Assembly (NCBI GenBank): GCA_018303075.1
Contig: JAGVYW010000044.1
Coordinates: 1-55,861 of the forward strand
Source of the DNA: Candidatus Woesearchaeota archaeon
Lineage (GTDB): Archaea; Nanobdellota; Nanobdellia; Woesearchaeales; DSVV01
Length of the DNA: 55,861 bases
Direction of reading: 5' to 3'
The position numbers were made by a program, and so were the translations under genes. Below are positions 9,062 through 18,137 of the stretch, in pieces (positions within the stretch are counted from its first letter, which is position 1; each line of letters opens with the position of its first letter). Under the pieces are notes generated by a model. It made no database searches, had not been told where the DNA came from, and worked only from the letters and a program-made list of their open reading frames with translations.

Positions 9062-9524
9062 AAAGAAATATTTGATCAATTTATTATAGAATTTGCTTTT
9101 AATAGCACTTCTATTGAAGGAAATACAATCAAAATGAATGAGGTTAAGAATCTATTTCAAGAAGGAAAAACACCGAAAGATAAATATTAAGACAGATATG
9201 GATATTTTACTGGAATGGTATAAGAAAAATGAGACAAAATTGCATCCCTTAGTATTAGCAGTAATATTTCATCACAAATTTGAAAAGATTCATCCGTTTA
9301 TGGATGGAAATGGCAGAACAGGAAGAATATTGCTTAATTATATTTTACTAAGAAAAAAATACTCCCCACTAATAATTAATAATAGCTCAAGAAAAACATA
9401 TTTAGAAGCATTAAGCAAGGCTGACAAAGCAAACCTTACAACAGCAAATAAAAATGAATATTCAAAATTAGTTGAATATATAGCATCTCAATTCACTGAG
9501 CGGTACTGGAATATTTTTTTGTAA
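9062..9524 (+). pseudogene. Fic/DOC family gene remnant (N-terminus lost, frameshift, internal deletion)
   Basis: Frame 2 reads KEIFDQFIIEFAFNSTSIEGNTIKMNEVKNLFQEGKTPKDKY then stops. Frame 0 continues ...LLEWYKKNETKLHPLVLAVIFHHKFEKIHPFMDGNGRTGRILLNYIL, which carries the Fic motif HPFxDGNGRxxR. Roughly 70 aa expected between the two parts are missing. Confidence 0.75.
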
Positions 9525-9527
9525 GAT

Positions 9528-10235
9528 TCATCCAACATAATTCAATTGCTTTTTCTTCTGATCTTCTTGCATCTCTACTCCTTTTTCAAGCATTGCTTTG
9601 ATCTTTTCTTCGAATTTCTTTGCTGTTTCAAACAAAGGTTTTGGATCAATATTCAATCCGATATATTTATCAAGAACAACAATTAATTTTGCAGCTGCTT
9701 TTGAATCTGGCAGTTGTGAATGCGTATCTGCAAATAATGCAGTTATAGTTGTCTTGCTTTTTAATAATAATGCAGATGTTACACCTATAATAATCCCTTC
9801 TTTTAACTCATCTGCAATAGCAGTTAGTTTTTTATTATCATTTGTGCTGTAATAAAATGCTCTTGGCTCTGCAACATTTGCAGGTGAACTCACACCTTCT
9901 AATGAGATAATCTCTTTTGCTTTGGTCTGCTGTGCGACTGTATCAATTAATTCTGCTACCTTCCATTCAATGCCAGCTGTGCTTAATATCGAGTGGATTA
10001 TCACAAGATTATACTTTTTGTTATAATAGATTCCAATTGGATGTATTAACTTCCCGTCATGGATTGTGATAGTAGCAGGCAATTCTTCAAACCAATATTT
10101 TGTTAATAATTCACAATGAAGATGCTCAATTAGATACTCTGTTGCAATAGTGCCTACTAAACCAAACCCTGGAAAACCTTGAATGATTGTTACATTCTTC
10201 AAATTTTTTGATAATCTTAAATTGTTTTTTACCAT
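9528..10235 (-). CDS. PAC2-family proteasome assembly chaperone-like protein
   Basis: IIQGFPGFGLVGTIATEYLIEHL is typical of archaeal PAC2 proteins. The ATG at 10235 lies 5 nt after the stop of the giant gene. Confidence 0.6.
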   Translation of the reverse strand: MVKNNLRLSKNLKNVTIIQGFPGFGLVGTIATEYLIEHLHCELLTKYWFEELPATITIHDGKLIHPIGIYYNKKYNLVIIHSILSTAGIEWKVAELIDTVAQQTKAKEIISLEGVSSPANVAEPRAFYYSTNDNKKLTAIADELKEGIIIGVTSALLLKSKTTITALFADTHSQLPDSKAAAKLIVVLDKYIGLNIDPKPLFETAKKFEEKIKAMLEKGVEMQEDQKKKQLNYVG

Positions 10236-10240
10236 TATAA

Positions 10241-13200
10241 TCAACCTTTCATATAATTATCAACAACATCTTCATGCCATCCGCCGGAGATTAACTTAGC
10301 TCTAACCTCTTCTCTTGTCATTCCACGATCTAAATAATAACTAATATATTGTTGCAGTTTTTGTTCATAATCAGCAGGCAATACATGATGCAATTGTTCT
10401 GTAAACACTTTCTCTACATCTTCTGCTCTCCATCCAGAACTTTGCAATGTTTGTGAAATTGTTTCTTTTGCCATTCCAGATTCAAGCTGTTTACTAATAT
10501 AAGATTTTAATTGCTGTTCTGATGCAGCATTCATCTCAGGCAATTGTCTTGGCTGCTGATACTGCATTTGCTGCTGAGGTTGCTGTCTTATTTGCTGCTG
10601 CATTGATTGACTTCCAGCAGTTGCTAGTGCTGCTCCACCTTTCTTTTTCATAAGCAAGACAACTAATAAGACAATTACAAATAAAGCAAGTATACCATAG
10701 ACAAGATACTTGCCTAAATTTGATGCTTCTTCATTTATTTCCTCTTCATCTATCAATTCCTCTTCATTTCCTTCTTCAAATATTTCTTCTTCTGTCTGCT
10801 TTGAGATTATAGGTTGAGATACAAATCCAGAACCTTTTACACTACCTGGACATGACTTACAATCATCTCCGCCGCAATCAGATAGTTCTTCATCAGAATC
10901 TTTTTTATTATTAAAACAATGATTAACTAATTCAGGATTTGACAAAGTACTGCATTTTTCAGTTACTCTTTTTGTTTTATAACAATCATTTACAGCAGGA
11001 CAATTATATGCTCTTTCACCTGATACACATGATTGTTTTGCTAAACCATCATTACATATCTTATCATTATATTCAGGAGTACAAGATGTAGAACCACTAC
11101 TTGAACTTGAAGAGGGTGAATCTGTATTTCCAGTTATACTTGGAGGAGGCAATTTCGCCTGCAGACAATCACAGACAGGTGTTTCATTTGATGCTTTGGA
11201 CGTATCTGCTTTTGACCAATCTAGTGATTCATAATAATACTTTTGCTTAGCTTCTAATATAATTTTATACACAACATCTTTCCCATCTGTCACAGTTACT
11301 GGTATTGTTACTTCATCAAAGCATTGATATCCTGAAATTTTTGTTTGCTCTTCATCTTCATAATTTGGACCACATGCTAAGTTATCATATAGCATTACAT
11401 CTTTTGTTTTTGGATCTTTAATAGGTGCTCCTGTGACTTTATCAAGATATGGTGAAGGTTTATACAATGCTGTTGTTTCACCTTTGCAATTGATTTGAGG
11501 AACAGCATTTGTCATACAATTAACTTCAGGTGAATTGATTACTGATTGATTAGTTGGTGGCGGATCATTTACTGTAACTGCAATCTTCTTGATTCCTTGC
11601 ATATCTGTTACATTATAGACAACAGTATTCGTTTCGTAGTCATAATACGCAAATCCTTTTGGCGGAGTATTTGCAATACAGATATTCTGGCTGCATATAG
11701 GAGTAGCTGCTCCGCAATCCTTATCTTCAAAGCATTGCGGAGATTGTATTGTTTTTGTTATTGAATCTATTAAAACGCCTTTTGTAACTTTTAGCTTTAA
11801 TTCTACAGGGAAATTTGTTTTGAGAATATCAGTTTGAACATGCATTGGAGTATCTTTATCTGCATCTAACTTATTGAAAACATTTCCACCATTTGTATAG
11901 TTATACTCCCATAAATATATCACACCTGCTCCTTTACCATCTGTTCCTTTATCTTTTGCTAATGCGCTAATATGCACTTTATCAGAAGCATCTTTTACTG
12001 TAGTTAGATCATAATCAAAGTCTGCAATTGTTGCTATGCATATTTTTGCAGTTGTATCACAGAGAGGTTTTGCTGGATCTAGACAATCTTCTTTTTTAGA
12101 GCATTTTATAACAGATAATTCACAAGCATTATTCTTACAAATTCCATTTTCCAATACAGTATTACAATCTACAGTTTCAGGCTTCCTACTATCACCACTA
12201 CATAAGTTCTCTGTTAATTTTTTTCCATTTGCTGAACAAGAATCTTCATATTTTCCAGTTTCATCAACAACATAACCAGCAACAAGATAATTGATTCCAT
12301 TTGCTGTATTTTGTCCGTTTCCGTTTAATAATAGTTTTTCATTTTTTGAAGTTTCGCCTTTATCAGAATCTATACATTTCTCTTCTAAGTTAATTATCTT
12401 TGTAACTTTTCTTTTATGCCCATCATTTAATGTTGCAACTAATTTTATTTTAATAGGATATGACACTTTCATTGGATTAAAAATATATTTTACACCTTTG
12501 CCAATTTCTGTTTCCCCTTTTGTCAAGACTTGGAACCATGTATATTCTTTTGCATCAGTTGGTTTAACTGCTTTTAACTTAAGAATTGTTTTATCTGGAT
12601 TTATGGTACCATCTAAATACTTGTACTGCTCAATTGCATATGTGAAATCTATAATAGCTTCCTGTGTGATACATCCAGAAAGCTTATCATTTAATTCTTC
12701 ATAATTGCCATAATTATCATCCTCAACAGAAGTTTCGTTCAATTTTTTGCCAGCATAATCAAATAAACATTTAAATTTAAGTGATAATAATTGCAATTCA
12801 TTGCACTTATTTGTTGTAGTTGATTGTGGACAAGCTGTTTCTGCTTCTTTTTTGAAATCAAGCAAATCTATAACAGTATTCATACATGCTAATTGGCTTA
12901 CTGAAATCTCTGTTTCTAAGCATTCATCACTTGTTACTTCTGTTACAGCACTTCCAGCACATTGATTTTCTATCAATTGTTTATCTTTTGGTGATTCTAC
13001 ACTTAACTCTTTTAAATCATTTACCACAAGTTTTTCAGTTTTTATAATCTCTATATATTTACCTTCTGCGTTATAAATGCCGTATTTCTTATTAAATTCA
13101 GAAAGTGGACTATAACAAGTATATGTAAATCCTATTAAATCTACAGGCATAAAGAATTGCGGCTTAAAGATATTTGCAGTATCTGTTTCAAAACTGACAA

Positions 13201-16200
13201 CATTTTTTGTAAAATAATTAACACTTTCTTTATCTGTTTCATGACCATATGTTAATTTTTCAGTAATTTCAGCGTCTATTATATTAACATCTGATTTATT
13301 ATCCTTAGTAAACGCATAGATTGGCATATTTTTATAAGCATTTTTATTTCCAAATGGGAATCCAGCCATGATTGGCACAGATAATAATTCTTTTTTGTTT
13401 GAATTAAATATATCAAACTGAGCAAAATCTAATCTATGTTCATCTTTATTAGCAATTTCCACATTAATTGGATAGTAGAACAATACTTTACTTTCCTCGC
13501 CGTTAATATTTACATTTGTTTCATTAATATCAACAAAATAATTATTTTGCGAATCTTTTACTGTAAACTCATAGCCAGCTTCAAATAAGTTGTTCATGAA
13601 GAGTGATTGCACCTTATTGAGAGAGAACGATGTTTTTTGCTCTTTGTTTTTTTGTTTTTTAAAGACATTATCATATACAAAAAGCACATCATTTTCTGTA
13701 GTTGAATAATGATTGACAGTAGTATTCACTTTAAAATTATTTTGCAGAATTGATGTTTTTTTATCATTTGTTAATAAAATGTCTGATTTACCGTTAAAAT
13801 CATTATCATAAAACAAAACATTATTATTTTCATCTGCAAGAACAGATATTGCAGTCACTTGTTCTTCATTTACAAGTTTTAAAAATGAAAAAATATTATT
13901 TATAACAAACAATTGGTTGTTTTTAGCTGCTCTGAGCGCATTTATTGTTAATGTATCTGTTTTTAAGTTTTTCTGAGCAAATGTATTATTATCAACAATT
14001 ACAATATCAAACCCTGTTATTTCCACTTTTGAGGTTAAAAACATATTTTGCGAAAGATAAAGATTTCCTTTTTGCGCTTCTTTTGTATTTATATGCACTG
14101 CATATTCATTATTCTCAAAAATGTTCATATTGACAACATTATTTCCAGCAAAACCATGCTCTGAGAATACTGCATTCTTATTATTAGTAAAGACATTATT
14201 AATTATGGCTGTGTTCTCTGCAGTATCCATTACTTTAATTGCTATATCAAATCCTTCAAATTTGCATCCATTAACTTTTACATTTTTATTTTTAATATAT
14301 ATTGCGGGATTTACTTTATTTTTATTTAATTTTATAATTGTTTCTTTCTCGCATTTAAATTCAATATCATCTGCATCTGTTGAGATTGACTGCTGGAACT
14401 GGTATTCTCCTTTGCATAAAGGAAGTTTTGTGTTCTCTGCTGTTAGTTTAAGTTCTGCATGAGTAGAACAAACATCCTTTAGCGATATTGGTGATATTTC
14501 CTCGCTTAGACAAGCGCCATCTTCACAATAATAATTCATATATTTACATTCTTCGTTGCTAATACAGTTATTACCTTTAATATATAATTGATTGACATCT
14601 ACTTCTTCGCATTGTTTTGTTTGAGAATTACAAGCTAATGTAGTACCACAATCCGATTGCTTTGTGCAAGAAGCAGCAACTGCTACTTCTTCAGTCACAA
14701 TAGGGCAAACATTTGAATTACAAGTTCCTTGTTTACATAAATGAGTTGCATCACAATATGAATTAACATTACCTGTAAATTCTACTGTTTTATTGCAAGT
14801 ATTGATATAACCTTGATTTACTTCCTCAATATTTGAATAAAAATAACAATTTGTTTTATTTAGATAAAAGGTCTCATATAAACTATTTGTGTATGCAACT
14901 ACAACATATATTTCTGGAAAATTACAAAACTTATTCTGACAAAAATCAGTATCAACAAAACCTAAATTAGATAAATAAAAATTAACTACACCATCTTGAT
15001 TCACATCATCATTATTATTTATTACTTTAGTTTTAGCTTTTGTATATTCAACTCCATCACTCACAGCAAATGAGATAGATTGAATATTACTACCAAATAT
15101 CGCACCAATTTGTTTATTATCAAGATTTGCTTCTACAAAAAACTTATTATCTACTTCTACAACAATTGTATCTTCAGCTTCATCAGTTACTGTTGGTGTT
15201 TCAATTGCTGGTTCTTCTGATTGCTTTAAACATACACCATTATCCTTTTTGTTTTCATCATTATTTGGGTGATCTTTATTAGAATTATAAGAATAACAAT
15301 TATCGTTGTTTAACTCAAAAGTTTTTATATTATCTTCGCCCTCAACAGCATAATTTATTTCTATAGGTGTGTTGTCACATAATTTGTTGTTAGAATCTTG
15401 CTCACAATTTTTAATACCTAATTCAGAAAAACCAATAAAAACAGTTTTCTCCTCATTTTTTGTATTTATTATCTGCTTATTTTTCCCAGCATAAATAACA
15501 TTTGCAATTTTTATTTTAGGAGAAAGTTTTATAGTAATTGAGCCAGGCGGAGAAGCAACCTGAACATCTGCAGTTATCTTGTATTTTCTATACTTGTCAC
15601 AATCTTTTTCAGCTACTTTATTATTTGATTTTCCTGTGTCATAACTAAAACAGTTTTGTTTGTTTAAATAAATAGTTCCGTTTTTGTCATACATGTCATT
15701 ATCATTCAAATCTGAATATTCATAACTAATCTTAAGATTATCTTTCTCACACAATGCATCTCCACATAAATTAAATCCTAAATCTTTTTTAGCATCAAAG
15801 TCTCCAACAAAATTATGATTCATATTTGTTATTTTTTCATCTGAATCAATTGTGTTAGTTGTTGTATCAGGAAGATAATACTCACCTAGTTTATCATGCC
15901 TGATCTCTTTGACTCCAATTTCACCCTCTAAAGAAATTGCTAATTTTATAGAACTATCAGGAAGTGTATAAAGTGTATATAATTCTGCTTTTATTTTATC
16001 TTTATTAATTTTCTTGCAGTCATTTACTGTATTATCATCATCGTTTATATCATAACTAAAACAATTATGTTTGTTTAACTCAAAAGTTTTTATATCATCT
16101 TCGCCCTCAACAGCATAATTTACAATTATTTTTATATCATCACATAGCTTATCATCACATAAAGGAAGCTCTATTTTAGAATCTTCGATTTTTAGGTGAT

Positions 16201-17524
16201 TATTTATTGTTTTACTTAATTTATACTCTTTTGTAACAAGAGTTAATTCATCAGTATTAGTATTTATTAACTGCAGATTCTGCCCATTATAGATATAGTT
16301 TACAACTTTTATTTTGTCTGAGAAACTTGCAAATAATCCAATATTATTATCAGTTATAGATGTACTTTCAGTTATAGATGTACTTAGTTTAATTGGTAAA
16401 TTATTTGTTGTTTGTTGTGATTCCGTATATACACCTGTCTGCTGTCCACCTTGATTTTCTAATGCAGAAGAAACTATTTCATATTCTTCTTTTATAGATT
16501 GTACCTTTAATTTAGATATTTGAGTTGTATCTTTATTAAATTTCATATTTAACAAATAATTCTTGCCACAATCAGTTCTTATCTCAATTAGAACATTACA
16601 ATCTCCATAATCACAGCTACTAAACTTGCCGTTTATTGTTAAATCATTGTTATTATTACTAAGAACTTTATTTATTTCACTATTAAATATATATTCACTT
16701 ACTTCTTGAGCATCATTAGACAACAAATAAGCATTAACTGTATTAATTTTGTCATATTTCAAAGAAAATTTAACATTCACAATGTAATCAATTTCAGTAG
16801 TATATGTATCTTGACAAGAACCATCAGAATCACAATTAGGCTCAACCACTTGTTTTTCCTCTTTTATTATATCATCAAATTTTGCAGTAATCAAATCTTC
16901 AGCATCTGCACATGTAGGAATTGTTTCTGAATATTCACCTGAACTATCACTCTCTTTTACTTTCACAGCAGTATGCGCGCCTGTATTTGTTAAAGTAGAA
17001 CTATCTGATTTAGTTTGTCCAATCTTTACATCTTTTTTAGGATTTGTTTTAAAAGCATATGTTGCCTGTCCAACCCAGTTTTTATATTCTTCACTTTCTT
17101 GATTTATATATTTACTGTTTAATTCAACTAATACATTCTTAAATAACATATCTGCATCTGTCTGTTTGCTCATCTTCTGCAGATGTAATGATGAATCTAA
17201 TAATTCTTGTTTGGTTGCTTCATCAATATAGTTATTTTCTAACAAATAAGGGATAAAAGTATCTTCAGTTGCAACTTTCGCAGAAAAGAACTCAATTGCT
17301 TTACCAAACAATGTATCTTTTTTCTCTTGCTCTGATTTACCAAGTGTATTAATAAATAATAACAAGAATAATGCAACAATTAAAAGCAGAAATAATACTA
17401 AACCAATTTTATAAGAAGGTTTGTTTAGAGAAGATTGACTTTGATTACTTTCAGGTGTAGCTTGCGAACTCTTAACTACTCGTCTAACTACCTTCTTTTT
17501 ACTTCTTTTAACCACTTTTTTCAT
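10241..17524 (-). CDS. giant (2427 aa) Cys-rich cell-surface protein with N- and C-terminal TM anchors
   Basis: It has a basic head, then a TM helix (IGLVLFLLLIVALFLLLFI). About four tandem ~150 aa modules follow (NYAVEGEDxIKTFELNxxNC[FY]SY), then EGF-like Cys spacers and a parallel beta-helix-like NN-rich repeat region. A C-terminal TM (LVYGILALFVIVLLVVLLM) leads into a Q-rich tail with two helical GW modules. Confidence 0.85.
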   Translation of the reverse strand: MKKVVKRSKKKVVRRVVKSSQATPESNQSQSSLNKPSYKIGLVLFLLLIVALFLLLFINTLGKSEQEKKDTLFGKAIEFFSAKVATEDTFIPYLLENNYIDEATKQELLDSSLHLQKMSKQTDADMLFKNVLVELNSKYINQESEEYKNWVGQATYAFKTNPKKDVKIGQTKSDSSTLTNTGAHTAVKVKESDSSGEYSETIPTCADAEDLITAKFDDIIKEEKQVVEPNCDSDGSCQDTYTTEIDYIVNVKFSLKYDKINTVNAYLLSNDAQEVSEYIFNSEINKVLSNNNNDLTINGKFSSCDYGDCNVLIEIRTDCGKNYLLNMKFNKDTTQISKLKVQSIKEEYEIVSSALENQGGQQTGVYTESQQTTNNLPIKLSTSITESTSITDNNIGLFASFSDKIKVVNYIYNGQNLQLINTNTDELTLVTKEYKLSKTINNHLKIEDSKIELPLCDDKLCDDIKIIVNYAVEGEDDIKTFELNKHNCFSYDINDDDNTVNDCKKINKDKIKAELYTLYTLPDSSIKLAISLEGEIGVKEIRHDKLGEYYLPDTTTNTIDSDEKITNMNHNFVGDFDAKKDLGFNLCGDALCEKDNLKISYEYSDLNDNDMYDKNGTIYLNKQNCFSYDTGKSNNKVAEKDCDKYRKYKITADVQVASPPGSITIKLSPKIKIANVIYAGKNKQIINTKNEEKTVFIGFSELGIKNCEQDSNNKLCDNTPIEINYAVEGEDNIKTFELNNDNCYSYNSNKDHPNNDENKKDNGVCLKQSEEPAIETPTVTDEAEDTIVVEVDNKFFVEANLDNKQIGAIFGSNIQSISFAVSDGVEYTKAKTKVINNNDDVNQDGVVNFYLSNLGFVDTDFCQNKFCNFPEIYVVVAYTNSLYETFYLNKTNCYFYSNIEEVNQGYINTCNKTVEFTGNVNSYCDATHLCKQGTCNSNVCPIVTEEVAVAASCTKQSDCGTTLACNSQTKQCEEVDVNQLYIKGNNCISNEECKYMNYYCEDGACLSEEISPISLKDVCSTHAELKLTAENTKLPLCKGEYQFQQSISTDADDIEFKCEKETIIKLNKNKVNPAIYIKNKNVKVNGCKFEGFDIAIKVMDTAENTAIINNVFTNNKNAVFSEHGFAGNNVVNMNIFENNEYAVHINTKEAQKGNLYLSQNMFLTSKVEITGFDIVIVDNNTFAQKNLKTDTLTINALRAAKNNQLFVINNIFSFLKLVNEEQVTAISVLADENNNVLFYDNDFNGKSDILLTNDKKTSILQNNFKVNTTVNHYSTTENDVLFVYDNVFKKQKNKEQKTSFSLNKVQSLFMNNLFEAGYEFTVKDSQNNYFVDINETNVNINGEESKVLFYYPINVEIANKDEHRLDFAQFDIFNSNKKELLSVPIMAGFPFGNKNAYKNMPIYAFTKDNKSDVNIIDAEITEKLTYGHETDKESVNYFTKNVVSFETDTANIFKPQFFMPVDLIGFTYTCYSPLSEFNKKYGIYNAEGKYIEIIKTEKLVVNDLKELSVESPKDKQLIENQCAGSAVTEVTSDECLETEISVSQLACMNTVIDLLDFKKEAETACPQSTTTNKCNELQLLSLKFKCLFDYAGKKLNETSVEDDNYGNYEELNDKLSGCITQEAIIDFTYAIEQYKYLDGTINPDKTILKLKAVKPTDAKEYTWFQVLTKGETEIGKGVKYIFNPMKVSYPIKIKLVATLNDGHKRKVTKIINLEEKCIDSDKGETSKNEKLLLNGNGQNTANGINYLVAGYVVDETGKYEDSCSANGKKLTENLCSGDSRKPETVDCNTVLENGICKNNACELSVIKCSKKEDCLDPAKPLCDTTAKICIATIADFDYDLTTVKDASDKVHISALAKDKGTDGKGAGVIYLWEYNYTNGGNVFNKLDADKDTPMHVQTDILKTNFPVELKLKVTKGVLIDSITKTIQSPQCFEDKDCGAATPICSQNICIANTPPKGFAYYDYETNTVVYNVTDMQGIKKIAVTVNDPPPTNQSVINSPEVNCMTNAVPQINCKGETTALYKPSPYLDKVTGAPIKDPKTKDVMLYDNLACGPNYEDEEQTKISGYQCFDEVTIPVTVTDGKDVVYKIILEAKQKYYYESLDWSKADTSKASNETPVCDCLQAKLPPPSITGNTDSPSSSSSSGSTSCTPEYNDKICNDGLAKQSCVSGERAYNCPAVNDCYKTKRVTEKCSTLSNPELVNHCFNNKKDSDEELSDCGGDDCKSCPGSVKGSGFVSQPIISKQTEEEIFEEGNEEELIDEEEINEEASNLGKYLVYGILALFVIVLLVVLLMKKKGGAALATAGSQSMQQQIRQQPQQQMQYQQPRQLPEMNAASEQQLKSYISKQLESGMAKETISQTLQSSGWRAEDVEKVFTEQLHHVLPADYEQKLQQYISYYLDRGMTREEVRAKLISGGWHEDVVDNYMKG

Positions 17525-17560
17525 AAATTCAACCCAATTATCTAAATTCTTTGCTTTACT

Positions 17561-17586
17561 TATTTATATAAGTTATGTTTCACTTC
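17561..17586 (-). promoter_or_regulatory. candidate promoter of the 2427 aa gene (GAAGTGAAA element upstream of a TATA-like box)
   Basis: The minus strand reads TTGAAGTGAAACATAACTTATATAAATAAG. The TATA-like box lies about 40-48 nt upstream of the ATG. Confidence 0.35.
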
Positions 17587-17608
17587 AAAGTGATTATTTT
17601 CCTGATTT

Positions 17609-17872
17609 CTACATGATTACCCATAAGAAACCATTTAAGTTTTCATAACCATGATAATCCTTCCTAATTGAAATGTCATACAAACAACGCGCTGAATGTA
17701 AAGAATCGTCAGAATTCTTAATGTAGAAATCAACATATTCAACTCTTTGCTTTGTAAGAAAAACTTCTTTAGAGATATAATTCTTAACCCTTTTTTCTAT
17801 TTCTTTTATTCTTTTTTCCCGCAGATTTATTTTAAAGATGCTCACAATAAGGTAGTAACCGTAATTTTGCAA
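17609..17872 (-). CDS. short ORF, possibly an N-terminal HEPN-like fragment
   Basis: The 87 aa product contains ...SLHSARCLYDIS...FLWVI, which resembles the first helices of HEPN proteins. It has no C-terminal half. Confidence 0.25.
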   Translation of the reverse strand: MQNYGYYLIVSIFKINLREKRIKEIEKRVKNYISKEVFLTKQRVEYVDFYIKNSDDSLHSARCLYDISIRKDYHGYENLNGFLWVIM

Positions 17873-18110
17873 AGTTCTCTAAGAGATAATCTAAGCCAAC
17901 AGTTAAAACGACAATTATTTAATCCTATAAAAAAAGACATAATGAGAGAAGACATTCAAATAATCATAGGTTTACGCAGAGTTGGGAAGAATTGAGGAGA
18001 TTCTTCAAGAATATGGAAAACTGACAAATAAAGATTATAAGAAAGAAAAAATATACGTATTTCTTGATGAAGTTCAAAAATCAAAGCATTGGTTTCATCC
18101 TGTAAATTGA
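17873..18110 (+). pseudogene. remnant of a COG1373-type AAA ATPase
   Basis: QIIIGLRRVGKN then stop is a broken Walker A motif. After a frameshift the sequence reads EEILQEYGKL...KIYVFLDEVQKSKHWFHPVN then stop, which is Walker B-like. The spacing is far shorter than in intact proteins. Confidence 0.55.
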
Positions 18111-18137
18111 TTTATGACCATTAAATATTGAATATTT

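Noticed and set aside
9138-9200. The ORF-track start (MRLRIYFKKEKHRKINIKTD) of the Fic ORF
   Set aside because: This N-terminus is an out-of-frame read-through of the upstream Fic fragment (…NEVKNLFQEGKTPKDKY in another frame). The locus is better described as a frameshifted pseudogene.
15100-16340. Possible CRISPR array or non-coding tandem repeat
   Set aside because: The repeats are long (about 450 nt), lie inside an open 7.3 kb frame and encode repeated protein modules. I saw no short, regularly spaced direct repeats or cas genes anywhere in the window.
11546-16930. Plus-strand ORFs of 60-137 aa antisense to the 2427 aa gene. Similar antisense ORFs overlie the 1918 aa gene, the 978 aa gene, ileS, hisS and others.
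   Set aside because: They lie wholly inside much longer, motif-bearing ORFs on the other strand. Their products are low-complexity and rich in F/L/I/S, as expected for antisense frames of AT-rich coding DNA.
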